A stretch of 62,934 nt of DNA, counting the filler, from Choristocarpus tenellus KU-1152 (Eukaryota > Protista > Phaeophyceae): assembly GCA_964200185.2 (NCBI GenBank). It is 7 parts of 7 records of this genome, joined end to end, with 100 filler letters (N's around TTAATTAATTAA, not from the genome) between each part and the next. Parts side by side here need not be neighbours in the genome. Positions count along the whole stretch, not along the records: positions 25,305 to 50,814 come from CAXNAD020000186.1; positions 50,915 to 55,669 come from CAXNAD020013181.1; 5 more parts are not named here. One strand, written 5' to 3'. Under the pieces are notes generated by a model. It worked only from the letters and a program-made list of their open reading frames with translations. It searched no databases and was not told the DNA's origin. The position numbers and the translations under genes were made by a program. Below are positions 41,601-52,340 of the stretch, one piece after another. Positions within the stretch are counted from its first letter, which is position 1; every line of letters starts with the position of its first letter.

Positions 41601-44600
41601 TTACATTATCCATCCGATGCATGCAACCAAATCACACAAAAATGGTGACAAGAGAAAATTGACCCCAAATGTGTTTATGGACAGTTGCCACACACCCCCA
41701 GATACTTTAAGCCATCAAATGATCAACATACTTCCAGGAGACGAAACCTCAAGTTGCACCCACGTACGCCCACTTACACCTGTCATGCCCATACCCAGGA
41801 GCTCAAATGCTGTTTCTTCCTTGTGGCGGAGTCATTTTTTTTTCTTGAGTTTCAGAGCACATCTGCACACATACACACACACACAAACAAAATATACAAC
41901 ACATAATAATAACCACATACAGTCCTCTGTAGTTGCCAATAGATACTCACCATCTCCTTGGCCATGATTTCGCCAACCATTGTATTGTTCCCTTCTGAAG
42001 GACTTTCTGTATTGTTGGAAATAACTGACAGCCACCCAACCTATCTTTGCCGGGCAGTCCGGGAGAGAGGAATGGAATAGTCCTCATAAGTTGACTGCGG
42101 AGTACCTGGCCTTTGCAATGTCATGGAGCATCATCTACTATACAAATCTTGTAGACACACAGGGGGTTGATAGGGGTCGACAAGATCATACTTTTAAGAG
42201 CCACCTAAATGGCTAATTTCCTGTTATTCTATGTTGGCAGGGATACCAACAATGTCGGTTTGTTAGTAGTTCTTGTCAGCAAGTTGTGTTTAGTTGTGTA
42301 TTGAATTATCGATGCAAATGTGAAACCAATACCCTCAAGTTCTGTTCTGCTACTTAGTGTGTTGGGGATAATAATGTAGACGAAACTTGCACTATCCAGC
42401 AGGACAAGATATTACTCACCAAACAAGTATTACAGCATCAACCTGCATGTTCTTTTGACTTTGTAGCAACCAAGCGGTGACAATGCTTAGGCTGTGTGCA
42501 TTATGGTAATTTAGTGTATTCAGGAGCATTAGGTTGATTCAAGGTTGTTGAAAATCACAATGCAAGCTAGCATAATATGACTCACAGAGTATTGTTACAA
42601 ACAGGATTGAATATGTGGGTGGGCTTTTGTTGCTGGTATAATTGCATGCATAAGAATAGAGACACATCTATCAGGGTCCATTACCCCACTTCATGCAATT
42701 ATTAGGAAAACTCTGTTCTTGTGAAGTGTGCCGTACATGAATAGATCAATAAATCTAACTGACCTGGTAACCAGTGATTGCCATTGCCTCCCAATAATCC
42801 TCCGGTGGCTCCCAGCTCACGTCAATGGACCCAGCTGCAATGTTTGAAACGTTGGGCCGGGTTGGCTGTGGAGGAGGCACCTACCAGTTTCCAGTTCCAT
42901 GTGTGCGTAAAATGTGACAGGGGGTGCTTGTCTATCTTTGTGCGTATTTGGGGTCATTTTTGTTCATTCTTTCACATTTCTATGTCTGGAACAGCATTGC
43001 TTAGGATATGTGGTGTTGCAGCCACTGCAAACTCTGATGGGTTGATAGGATAGGGGGCAACCAGGATCCTCTCTGTCAGTTTCAGAGCGTACCTGCACAG
43101 GGTTGATTCATCACCCCAAAAGAAACCCAAGTTATTCTTGGCACACCTGTGCTCTCACAATATATATATATCTCTGTACGGACACATAGAGTGACAGCTC
43201 AAATTCAATACGCGGTGTTGAAATTCTATATTGGTCCATCTGTTATTTTCTCAGGTGATCTATCTATACACAGCAAAAGCAAGACCCCCCTCCAAAAAGT
43301 GACAATCTCATCCCAGGATATACCTGATAGGACAGGTAGGTCACAGAGTGCTGCAGCCCCAGCATTGTCCCACTAGACACCCTGACTTCAACGACACCGC
43401 CTGTCCCAAAAGGTGCTCGTTTCTCAACCCCACCAAGTCGACCAACAAACATGGCGGGAGGGAGTTGGCATGTAAGCTCTGTCTCTTCGCGCCCTGGAAC
43501 ATGTTGCACATCTAAGCATGGCACTCCACCCACATCAACCTTGTCAACAAGGCCATTATAGTCAGTGCCACCAGGGAAGAGGTGAGAATTGGTAACAAAA
43601 GTGTTGTGTGAGAGTGAGTGCGCTTGTTACACACCATTTCGTCACAAACAGAGTTGTACCTATGAACGGATTAGATTTGATGTAATGCACAAGATCTAAG
43701 TAGTCGGCAACTCTCTTCAAGTTTTGAAGTATCATGTTTTACCTTCACAGTGTATGAGAACATAGTCAACAAACCGAGCTAGATGCAGTGCACATCCTGA
43801 CAACCTGAATATATATAGGTTAAGTTGATACTGCTTCATAGCATCCTAGAGGGTGGGGCGGGGGGTGTTTACGAGAGGCCATCTATTTGGGCTTTGATGG
43901 GGCGTCGTAACATATCCCCGATTGATGCCCCTTTTGCAAGTGATATTCCTATATATTTGGTCCAGGCAGGGGGGTGGAAAAAAACGGCTTGTCCAGTTGA
44001 AGAAAATTGTCCTCAAATTTGACACGTGCACTCAAATGACAAGGAAATCACTGCAGGGTTACAAATACTCCAAATGGACAGCTTACCCTTCCTGTTAGGT
44101 TACTACATGTCTACTCGAGAAAAGTGAAAAGTGATGCCTGGATCAACAATCGAAATGAGTCAAAGTAGACAAGATGTACCCAGAGTTACATTTTAAGGAT
44201 ACTGACAAATAATGTGCAAAATCACAGTCTTTTCTGCAAATGCATATAGGAAACCTTCTGAATTGTATTGAAAGTTTTCAAACAAGAGAGAAACCAACGC
44301 TCTCAAGACAAACTTAACAGTCCATCCATAGGAACATGGTTGAATTGCAAAATATTGAAAAATGACTTAACAATTGCAAAACGGCCAAAAGCTGGGTACC
44401 TCTCATATACTTTGGCTCAATACTCTACATGCTCAAGTACTCGAATATACTTGATATAATAGTGTTACTCTCCTGAACTGTGACCATACATTGACCTCTT
44501 GCCCCCCCTGCCCCATCACTTCACTACAGTACACCATAGAAGTGTCATTCCTTGTGCGGAATTGCAAGCAGGACTACTAGTCAGCAGACAATTCTGGTCA

Positions 44601-47600
44601 TTGTGTTGATAAAGTCAATCAACATCAACATATCAATAAGCCAATCACATTATTCTTTTCTTATTAAGGACGAAGTTGGACCCTGATGATGCAATGGAGG
44701 AATATATTTTGAAAACATTTGACACTGAAACAGAGCCGATTGACTATGCCAAGGAGCGCTACAATCAAGGCCAAACACGGTGAGCGATATATGGTGCATC
44801 TCCCCTAACACTGAGAAATGCCATTGTGAGCAAGGGAGCCAGTGCAACGTACGAACTTTTACTCTCTCTCTCTCTGTGTTCCAGGTCGTGCAGTGTTTGG
44901 TGGGTGGGATGACCAACTTACGTATGCCTGGTCTGTTCCAAATGCTGCTCCTCCCACTGAGATGAGCTGACCACCATTCCTCAAGCAGTTATGTGATGTG
45001 TAGTATGGCATACCCTATCATGCCCCAGTTGGTTGAGAGTTAGGGGTGGTAGAGGGAATCAAAGTTAGGGGTACAACTGTTATCATTAGACAAGGAGTGC
45101 ATTCAAGCAAAATAAAGCTAGGGTGGAGATGCATTAACAGAGTGGAACGCCTTAAGTGAGCTGTGGAAGGTAATGTCTTGGAACAGGTGAATAAAGAATC
45201 ATCCTATCTTAGAGGGAGATCTATTTCAGTTATTTAGGACTTCATAGACGTACCGCCCGGCACCTTTCTCATTCCTGAAATGCAGCTAAAGTCCCTTGGG
45301 AAGTTATGACTGTAGAAGAGAAGATGAATGCGTTGTCCACATATTAAGAGCAAAATTGCCCTCCACAGTGCTAGAACCGCATGTACCAGAGAGCAGACAC
45401 AGAGACGTAAATTCTAATTGACATCACCATCACCCCTCAAGATAGGATAGATAAAAAATCAAAATTATGTAGGTCCTGAGTTGAGTGGTAAATCTTCTCA
45501 ACACCTAAAGAGCATGTTTTGTTCTGAGGGGCTGTTGTGCCTTCACTTGATTCAATGCAGGGAAGACAACTTGGAGAGCTGCACCTCAAGAGCAAACTTA
45601 CTTCTGGGTGCGGAGGAGGTGATCAGGAGGACACAAGGTGATGGGATCTATTCAACTGTGAGACTCATGAGTGAAAGTATCTTAGAGGGTATGAGTTTTG
45701 CCCTGTTTGTTCGTTTGTGTCTTGGCTTCCCACGGGGTTTTCTATGATATTTTCCTACTCCGAAACATTTCGGAGTAAGTAAAATGTATACATTATGAAA
45801 ATGTGTGTCCGGAACAAGGATATTGACACTTCCTAACAAACACGATAGTCAAAATTACATCAAAATCGGAACATTGGATTTTGACCCCCAAACGGACGCA
45901 TCTCTACCCTAACCCTAAGATACTTTGACTCTCGTTGGGAGTGTGAAGACATCGTGGGCTGAGTTGGGGATCTTGGTAATGCCACTACAAATTCCCTCTC
46001 CTGAACTTCAACACGAACAGCATTTTTTTTTGTAGTTTGTTCAAAAAAAAAAAATGTTTTGTTTTTATTTTCAACAGCCCATTATCGGGGCAGGAAAATA
46101 CATAAATACATTAATATACATCAGAGGTTGTGGACTTCAATTAGTGACCGAAGTCTCCTTTGGGACACTGACACTGGTTGAGAGCGCTATTATAGCACAG
46201 GGATCACTCCTGGCATCTGTATGTGGCTTCTTCGCAATGGAAGGGTGACTATTGCTGAGGTGTAGGGTTAGGGCTAGGTCCCGAAACGTGGGAAATACTG
46301 TATGACGTAAAGAGATAAACACGAGAACCTCCTTTTTCTAGAAGCTGTGTGGTCAGTGTCGCAGTTCACAACACAGTGTGAAATCTGGTTCATAGTTATT
46401 GCACGCAAGACGATCTTAGATCTTTGATCTTAGATCCTTGATCTTATCCGGTAAGACAGGAGATCTGTTAAAGAGAACAAGTGTCAGTCACCTACAGAGT
46501 ACCCGGTACTAGTAATTTGAAGCTAATTTGAAGCACCAAGAGCTGGACTAAAGACTAGTACGTCGAAGGACCAATAAGAACTACTTAGAATAGGACAAGC
46601 ACAGTCACCGGTATCGTGACAACTAGTCCACAGTGTCAGGCTCAAAGTATCTGGGAGGGGGTGGCGGCTGTCCATTTGGGGTCAATTTTTTCATGTCACG
46701 ATTTTTGGNNNNNNNNNNCACTTTTCCTGATTTTGGTCCAAATGGACACCCTAGTGTAGACCCCCCCCCCCTCCAAGATACTTTGGGTCGTCATCAACAC
46801 CCATACCAATATATACAACCCTAAACCTAGAGTCAAAGCATTGAAGAGGGTAGGGTCACATTCGTTGGGGGTCATAAATCCAATGTTGCGATTTTGATGA
46901 ATTTTGGCTATTGTGTTTGTTAGGAAGTGTCAATATCCTTGCTACGGACACACCTTATAATAACATATATGTACATTTTAACTAGTACTGTGTTCACACA
47001 AAAAATCGAAAAGGGGGCATTAAAAAACCCTGGGAAGTCAAGCCCCAAATGGACAAGCAGGGCAAAAAATCCTACCCTTCTAAATGCTTTGGGTCCTAAC
47101 CATACCCACTACTACTATGCACCAATACAGATCCTGCACAGAACATGACCGACTCTAGTGAGTCAAACATAATCAAGAGGTACCCAGGGCTGCATTTCAA
47201 GGATGCTGACAATTATGTGCTAATATCGGGGTTTTTTTCAAGTACGAATAGGATATTTTCTGAATTGTATCGAAATATTGTCAAACAACAATGAAGAAAT
47301 CAGCGTTGACAAGTCATTACACTTATTACACTTATTACACTTAGAACTTCGTCTACAGAGGAGTTTTGTTGAATTTCAACATATAAAATAAAATAACTGG
47401 CTCAAGTAGGAAAACGGCCAAAACCTGGGTACCTCTGGCTTACTTTGTCTCTAGAACAACCCACACAAACACATAGCACGATTTCAGGGGACTTACCTCA
47501 ACCCTCCCAAAATTTGTTCGACGTACACGTAAGAAATCGTTGACAATCTTGTCTCGATCTGTCACATTTGAGACAGCAAAGGACATTCCTAGTTCTGGGC

Positions 47601-49433
47601 CCGGCTCTGGGAAGGCAGCGTCCAAGCACCCCTGAACTCTCTTGATGTGAGGGGCTCGAACCAGGCGAATCTGAATTTGTGAAAGGTTATGTGTGAAGGA
47701 GCTGGTGGTACACATGGATTATTGTCTTGTCAAAGTGTCCTCTCAAGGGAGTCATGATGATCAGTTCCATTCTTGTTTGATGACTTTTCAAAGCTACAGT
47801 TCACACCAGGGGAGGGACTAAAAAAAATAAAACAAATGACCAAGGAACGTACCTGGACTAAATAGCAATAATAGATTTATCTAACACAAGTGGGTTCTAT
47901 TGGACTTGAGAATATTCTATTCTACCCCAAGTCTCAACTCCAGCATATTGTCAGCAGCATAAAAAGTTTGAGGTTAGACTTGTGTTTTTTGTGTTTATTG
48001 CCGACGGTTATGACCCAAATTATCAAAGTATCAAAGTATCAAAGTATCAAAGTATCAAAGTATCTGGGAGGGGGTGGGGTCTAAGCCAGGGTGCCCATTT
48101 GGGTCAAAATCGGTAAAGGTGTAATAATATTATCCATCCAACATATGCAACCAAATCACCCAAAATTCGCAACATGAAAAAATTGCCCCAAATGGACAGC
48201 CCCCCCCCCCCCAGATACTTTGAGACTTACGGGAAATAAAAATGAAAAAATAAATAAAAAATAAAAATACACTTGCTGCAATTAAAAAAAATAAAACATG
48301 TTGGTTGGCGGCATGATACGGTGGTGTAGAGGTGTAGAGGTACTCTTTGATGCTACGAACTATGATCATATCCCTAACGCTTTCCCTGGTGGTCATACCG
48401 TCTATATACCACCCCACAGTGTACAACAACTTACGTAGTACATAAAGTACATAAAGTTTGGTCAATATCAACGTATTATCATTTGATGCACCAATATTTA
48501 CTCAGGGATAGTGCACACCCTGCTTTGTGAGTGGGGGGTGTCTGAGGGGTGAGAAAATCGAGATGTAGGTAGCCAATAAGCACATGATGTGTGAGTTCTC
48601 GAGGGTGAATGTTAGGGGGCTAACACTAAGAAGCAGCAAATTCTCCTAACACTAACATGACTTACCCAATCGATTTCGAAAAAGTCACCCCGAGTGGGCG
48701 ACCTTGATCCTGAAGTTTTCCCCTCTATTGCCTCTACCTCCAACCCTGGATGTAGCCTCATCTGTGTCAAAACACCATTAAATGCCAGGTGTATTGGAAC
48801 GTAGTAAACCTGTGTGAAGAAGGGGCATAGAAAGGGGGGAACAATGCTATTGGTCAAGAGTTTACACCATTCCATGTTTATCCTTGTGGTGTTGGGTTTA
48901 CAGAAAATGTTGTAGAACTAAGTAGGCAGGGATTGTTTTGACAAAGCGTGGCATCAATTCGACTGCTTGTGCCAAGGTGCTTGAAAGCTCTTCGACATCT
49001 ACTGTAGTTTTCCACCGATTTCATTCTTGGCGGAAAATGATCTCCATGTAGCCTAGACTCCTGAGATTATCTTCTAGTCTGAGATGACCTCTGTTTCTGC
49101 AGGCATGTGTTCTGCTATACGGCGAGAAAGAAGTTTGACATAAGAGAACCTGCAATCTATTATTTTTGGGGGTAGAAGTGTTGTACGTTGCAGTAAAGAT
49201 GGGGATACCCCAGCATGCATTTACAATTAAAAAAAAAATGACAGGTATGGACAACTACAGGTGAAAAAAACGCCTTTTGAACGTATTTGAACACTTTTGA
49301 ATACCTTTGAACAGGGGCAAAAAAAAAAAGGTGCATGCTATTGTCATCCCCTCACATGGAAGGCATTATCATTGATGATATCAAAGTCCAGCGGCTGGCC
49401 TTTGGTCATCTCTACTCGCCCCAACAATTCCAC
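29561..49433 (-). CDS. Multi-exon gene (5' incomplete): CBM-like beta-sandwich + IPT/TIG-like + fibronectin type III + legume (L-type/ConA-like) lectin domain protein
   Basis: 17 exons with GT donors, AG acceptors and consistent phases: 49356-49433, 48666-48809, 47497-47670, 43324-43539, 42764-42880, 41951-42040, 39844-39957, 39333-39439, 38492-38609, 37881-38012, 36429-36650, 35659-35814, 34937-35043, 33721-33884, 32685-32779, 32174-32278, 29561-29689. Total 2268 nt = 755 aa + TGA with no internal stop. L-lectin motifs: ALRLT...GAAWY...GFDTTFTF...GADGLAFVIQ...SLAIEFDTYYN...ENHIS...AYVGFTASTG...HDLLEWKF. FN3 motifs: PPPQP...SIDVSWEPP...ITGYQVGW...TTVRGLTPGLGYIFWVRA. An exon may be hidden in the 10-N gap at 46709. 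Confidence 0.88.
29753..30043. mobile_element. MITE family B spanning a gap
   Basis: Flanks AGGA/AGGA. Confidence 0.8.
30484..30729. mobile_element. MITE family B
   Basis: TSD AGA/AGA. Confidence 0.85.
31598..31855. mobile_element. MITE family C (intronic)
   Basis: C-type TIRs; flanks ACA/ACT. Confidence 0.85.
32174..32278 (-). CDS. Lectin exon: EPTMTIPLNLEATLKLNHGTAYVGFTASTGIDTYQ
   Basis: aaag| acceptor, |gtgaaa donor; VGFTASTG motif. Confidence 0.88.
32685..32779 (-). CDS. Lectin exon: (G)YFLENAAYSAGGMPDWGVGIGLMSVYVDDLS
   Basis: ttgcag| acceptor, |gtgagt donor, phase 1/0. Confidence 0.85.
33721..33884 (-). CDS. Lectin exon: GWRNRGSSNQSYSLGSTSDVPNLTDG...TGHT
   Basis: ctgcag| acceptor, |gtgagt donor, phase 2/1. 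Confidence 0.85.
34076..34560. mobile_element. Foldback/palindromic element with inverted tRNA B-box-like motifs
   Basis: Outer arms 34085-34145 and 34495-34555 are inverted; inner arms GTTGAGAAAGCAG (34260) and CTGCTTTCTCAAC (34381). Confidence 0.7.
34937..35043 (-). CDS. Lectin exon: GLGYSGIDNSLAIEFDTYYNAELVEPYENHISVHT(R)
   Basis: ctcag| acceptor, |gtgggg donor; metal-binding EFDT.N...H loop. Confidence 0.9.
35659..35814 (-). CDS. Lectin exon: GFDTTFTFRL...GADGLAFVIQGEGPLALGDGGM
   Basis: ctacag| acceptor, |gtgagg donor; L-lectin ADG motif. Confidence 0.9.
36429..36650 (-). CDS. Lectin/FN3 gene exon, start of L-lectin domain: ...CGPALRLTSNRPFSTGAAWYPRPMTVGE
   Basis: ctcag| acceptor, |gtgagg donor. 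Confidence 0.85.
36696..36951. mobile_element. MITE family A (intronic)
   Basis: TSD AAAG/AAAG (4 bp). Confidence 0.9.
37881..38012 (-). CDS. Lectin/FN3 gene exon, Cys-rich: VENCNRSAACCDG...PGK
   Basis: gcag| acceptor, |gtatac donor. Confidence 0.8.
38492..38609 (-). CDS. Lectin/FN3 gene exon: FNANSTLNHS...GEGHYGIQLVGSAQ
   Basis: atag| acceptor, |gtaatc donor, phase 2/0. Confidence 0.82.
38848..39105. mobile_element. MITE family A (~257 bp), reference copy
   Basis: TIRs GAGCCAAAGTATCTTAGAGGGT...ACCCTCTAAGATACTTTCACTC; TSD AAC/AAC. Confidence 0.92.
39113..39291. mobile_element. MITE family B (~180 bp, poly-G/poly-C TIRs), reference copy
   Basis: GGCTCGAAGTATCTG(G)n...(C)nAGATACTTTGGGTC; TSD TCT/TCT; 7 bp from a family A copy. 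Confidence 0.92.
39333..39439 (-). CDS. Lectin/FN3 gene exon: VDLYGRREQLEGG...DLVFD(R)
   Basis: gcag| acceptor, |gtatgt donor, phase 0/2. Confidence 0.8.
39844..39957 (-). CDS. Lectin/FN3 gene exon, FN3 C-terminal half: STVGNITTTTVRGLTPGLGYIFWVRAMAE...WEQ
   Basis: acag| acceptor, |gttag donor, FN3 GL.P...Y.F.VRA motif. Confidence 0.85.
40900..41167. mobile_element. MITE subfamily A' (~267 bp)
   Basis: TSD AGT/AGT. Confidence 0.88.
41529..41713. mobile_element. MITE family B
   Basis: B interior; flanks ATTA/ATCA. Confidence 0.85.
41951..42040 (-). CDS. Lectin/FN3 gene exon: VGWLSVISNN...MAKEM
   Basis: atag| acceptor, |gtgagt donor, phase 0/0. Confidence 0.75.
42764..42880 (-). CDS. Lectin/FN3 gene exon, FN3 N-terminal half: VPPPQPTRPNVSNIAAGSIDVSWEPPEDYWEAMAITGYQ
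   Basis: tag| acceptor, |gtcagt donor, FN3 W and Y motifs. Confidence 0.85.
43324..43539 (-). CDS. Lectin/FN3 gene exon, IPT/TIG-like: VDVGGVPCLDVQH...ELTCQLPP...YLSYQ
   Basis: Open frame with the TIG-like V.VGG..C and LTC.LP pattern; AAG acceptor position is uncertain; |gtatat donor. Confidence 0.72.
44157..44418. mobile_element. MITE family C (~260 bp), reference copy
   Basis: TIRs GAGTCAAAGTAGACAAGATGTACCCAG...CTGGGTACCTCTCATATACTTTGGCTC; TSD AAT/AAT. Confidence 0.88.
45669..45931. mobile_element. MITE family A (intronic)
   Basis: Flanks TCAT/TCGT (4 bp, CpG transition). Confidence 0.9.
46639..46789. mobile_element. MITE family B spanning a gap
   Basis: Flanks GTCA/GTCA. Confidence 0.82.
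46830..47095. mobile_element. MITE subfamily A'
   Basis: TSD CTA/CTA. Confidence 0.88.
47160..47451. mobile_element. MITE family C (intronic)
   Basis: C-type TIRs; flanks TAGT/TAGA. Confidence 0.82.
47497..47670 (-). CDS. Lectin/FN3 gene exon: IRLVRAPHIKRVQGC...NFGRVE
   Basis: ttcag| acceptor, |gtaagt donor, 174 nt open. Confidence 0.8.
48012..48226. mobile_element. MITE family B with tandemly expanded TIR
   Basis: About six copies of CAAAGTAT at the left end. Confidence 0.85.
48666..48809 (-). CDS. Lectin/FN3 gene exon: VYYVPIHLAF...GDFFEIDW
   Basis: cacag| acceptor, |gtaag donor, 144 nt open. Confidence 0.8.
49356..49433 (-). CDS. Lectin/FN3 gene exon: VELLGRVEMTKGQPLDFDIINDNAFH
   Basis: cacag| acceptor, |gtgag donor, phase 0/0. 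Confidence 0.7.
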
Positions 49434-49891
49434 CTGTGGGGACGGGTTGACATGCCCCCTTTAGTTTAGTTTGAAGAATCAAATCGGCAGAGTATTTTGA
49501 TGATGTTATTTTGATGATGTTATGGTCTTGGAGGTGTTATCTCGGTACAAAAAAATGATCTGATTTTGATCTACATCCACTATATGTTGTATTTGTCATG
49601 GGGAGGATGATTGTTGGAGTGGAGTGTGTATCCTGGCAATAGCAAGGCAACCCTTGTCCGTCCTATTCCCATACTAGAGTATTCATTCAATACTCTAACG
49701 TGATACAGTGGTAATCTTACGGATCTCTTATTCCTCTCCTTCTTGTACCATGCCCACCCATTTAATGGATACACTCTGGTAGAACAAGGAAAAGATGCTC
49801 CATGCCTGTATATATCAAAGGCGCTGTATGTTGATGTCTAATCTGGGGAGGAAGGAGGAGAGAGACCTGCAGCTACATGATCAGTCCCCCT

Positions 49892-50150
49892 GAGTCAAAG
49901 TATCTTAGAGGGTAAAGCCGTGTCCATTTGGAGGTCGAAAACCAATGTTGCGATTTTGATGTAATTTTGGCTATCGTGTTTGCTAGGAAGTGTCATTATC
50001 CTTGTTCCGGACACACCTTTTTGTAACATACACATTTTATCTACTCCGAAACATTTTGGAGTAGAAAAATGTCAGAAAAATAAACATAGGAAGTCAAGCC
50101 CCAAACGGACTAACAGAGCAAAACTCGCACCCTCTAAGACACTTTCGCTC
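49892..50150. mobile_element. MITE family A
   Basis: TSD CCCT/CCCT (4 bp). Confidence 0.9.
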
Positions 50151-50645
50151 CCCTGCCAAACTAGATGTGTTGTTCACCTCTCTCAAGCTGATTCGATCCC
50201 CTCCATGTGTGTCCACCACATAAAGCCTCCAGTAACGTGCACCAGTGGAAGGTATCTGGGACAGGCAGGAGTTTGGATTCACAATACACACTCGTTCACT
50301 TGAAAGACTTTTGAAAGCCGTTGAGCCAGACTAAAGGAAACTGGTACAGGGTAGGAGGTATATTCACTCCAGGACGCCCAATCTGCAAGCTCCTTTGAGT
50401 ATGCAAATCAACTGGTCTCTTCTCTTGGGTAGATTATCTATTGATAATGTGATATTGATAATGTGCGTGTGTGTGTGTGTGTTGCTGGTAGTATGTGATG
50501 AGGAATGTTTCAGGCAAACAGACTGGATGTGACCCTGAGTGTACTTTTCATAGGATTTAAGGTAAGACCTTGGTGGTGATGACGACTCTTTGCCCCAGCT
50601 ATTAGGTGCTAGTGATACTGTCTGTGTCTTATCTGCACCTCTCCA

Positions 50646-50814
50646 GGCTTAAAGTATCTGAGGGGGGGTGGCAGCTGTGCATTTGGGGTCAATTTTTTCA
50701 CGTCACGATTTTTGGGTGATTTGGTAGCATACGTTGGATGGATAATGTAAATGCACTTTTCCTGATTTTGTCCCAAATGGACACCCTGGTGTAGACGCCT
50801 ACCACCACGCCCCC
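50646..50814. mobile_element. MITE family B at contig end
   Basis: B terminus and interior. Confidence 0.82.
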
Positions 50815-50979
50815 NNNNNNNNNNNNNNNNNNNNNNNNNNNNNNNNNNNNNNNNNNNNTTAATTAATTAANNNNNNNNNNNNNNNNNNNNNNNNNNNNNN
50901 NNNNNNNNNNNNNNAAGTGAAAATCGAAAAAAGGGTGAAAAACGGACGCCGGCACCCCCCCCCCAGATACTTTGATGGT

Positions 50980-52340
50980 CCTCAGAAGATCTTGTATATA
51001 TCATTGGCCAAGACTGGGTAACCTGGGGGGGAAAAACATCCCCTGCAACTGCCCCGGAGGTCCACATCCTGGCAGCCCATGATGCCAAGATCACGAGGAA
51101 TACTCAACATGAGATCACACGCCTCCTGAACAGGATCCGTTTTGACTCCTTCCGGACACAATTAGCAGGCTATCTAGTGAAGTGCACCAGGGGAAGGAGG
51201 GCTCCTCATTAGCCCTAGCACGCCACCGGAGTCAGTGTGGACGAGGGGCAAATGCATGGGCCTCAACGCAACCCCTAGAGCCAGCATGCCAAATCCCCCC
51301 TCTAGAATTCAAGCTAACAGCCAGCGGATCCCTAGGGAGGGTGGAGGCCCTCTCAAACAGGTGCCCAGTGGCGGGGTGCAGGAGGCAAAATGTCGACACC
51401 AGACATGTCCGTGCCTGCCCCAGGGCAGGAGGACAGGTACGACAGCACACACCCATGGTGAAACACCTAACCCAACTATGCAAGGGAATGGGTATCCCTT
51501 GCACTATGGATGACGGCAGCCCCTCCATGATAGACAGATTTCTCCGCATGGATATAGGTTTCCATGCAGGGGCCCTGGCGGACGCTGGAACAGCTCCCTA
51601 CCGAGACAAAGGCCTTCTGCTTGATGTTACATTTGCAGAAGTGCAGAGTGAAAGTATCTTAGAGGGTACGAGTTTTTTCCTATTTGTCCATTTGGGGCTT
51701 AGCTGCCCACATGTTTATGACATTTTTTCCTACTCCAGGATATTTTGGAGTAGGTAAAATGTGTATGTTATGAAAACGAGTGTCCAGAACAAGGATGTTG
51801 ACATCTCCTAACAAAAATGACAGCCAAGATTACATCAGAATTGCCACATTGGATTTTGGCCCCCAAATGGACGCGACTCTACCCCCTAAGATAATTTGGC
51901 TCGTAGGCAACTTCCCATCTTGCATACTCATCCGCCAGCAATGGTATAGGTGCTGCTGTAGCTGAGGCGCGAACGTGCACCCACTACGAGGGCTCTTTCG
52001 ATCCTCGTAGTTATAACCTCAACACCTTGGCAGCAGAATGTTTTGGGCTCCCCGGCAAGCAAGCGGAATCCTTCCTGGATGAGTTGGCTACACACATGAT
52101 GGGGGGGAGAGGAACTGGAGGATATAGCAGGAAAGGAATGGTTAAATCCCGGCTACACCAAATTGTCTCAGTAACTACACAAGTGGCACTGTCTAGACGT
52201 GTCATGCGTTTTAAGCTGGAGTCACCAGGGAGATGGGCACGGAAGGGTTTGTTGGATTCTTGGGATGCCTACCTAGCTCCTCATCCTGAGGCAAAGGGAT
52301 AGGTAGATTGGAGGCGCAGGAAGGCAGTGGTATAACATAG
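50980..52340 (+). mobile_element. 3' end of an RLE-type (CRE-like) non-LTR retrotransposon, interrupted by a MITE
   Basis: CCHC knuckle CPVAGC...HVRAC and restriction-like endonuclease motifs RH...RMDI...LLLDVT...AEAR..HY...LAAECFG..G..A..FL..LA. Frame is continuous once MITE 51646-51902 and one 3-bp TSD copy are removed. Confidence 0.8.
51646..51902. mobile_element. MITE family A nested in the RLE retrotransposon
   Basis: Flanks GCA/GTA; removal restores the frame E-V-Q-A-T-S-H. Confidence 0.9.

Noticed and set aside
49021-49149. Extra exon of the lectin gene
   Set aside because: Has an acceptor-like site, but all frames stop before a good donor; the flanking exons already join in phase.
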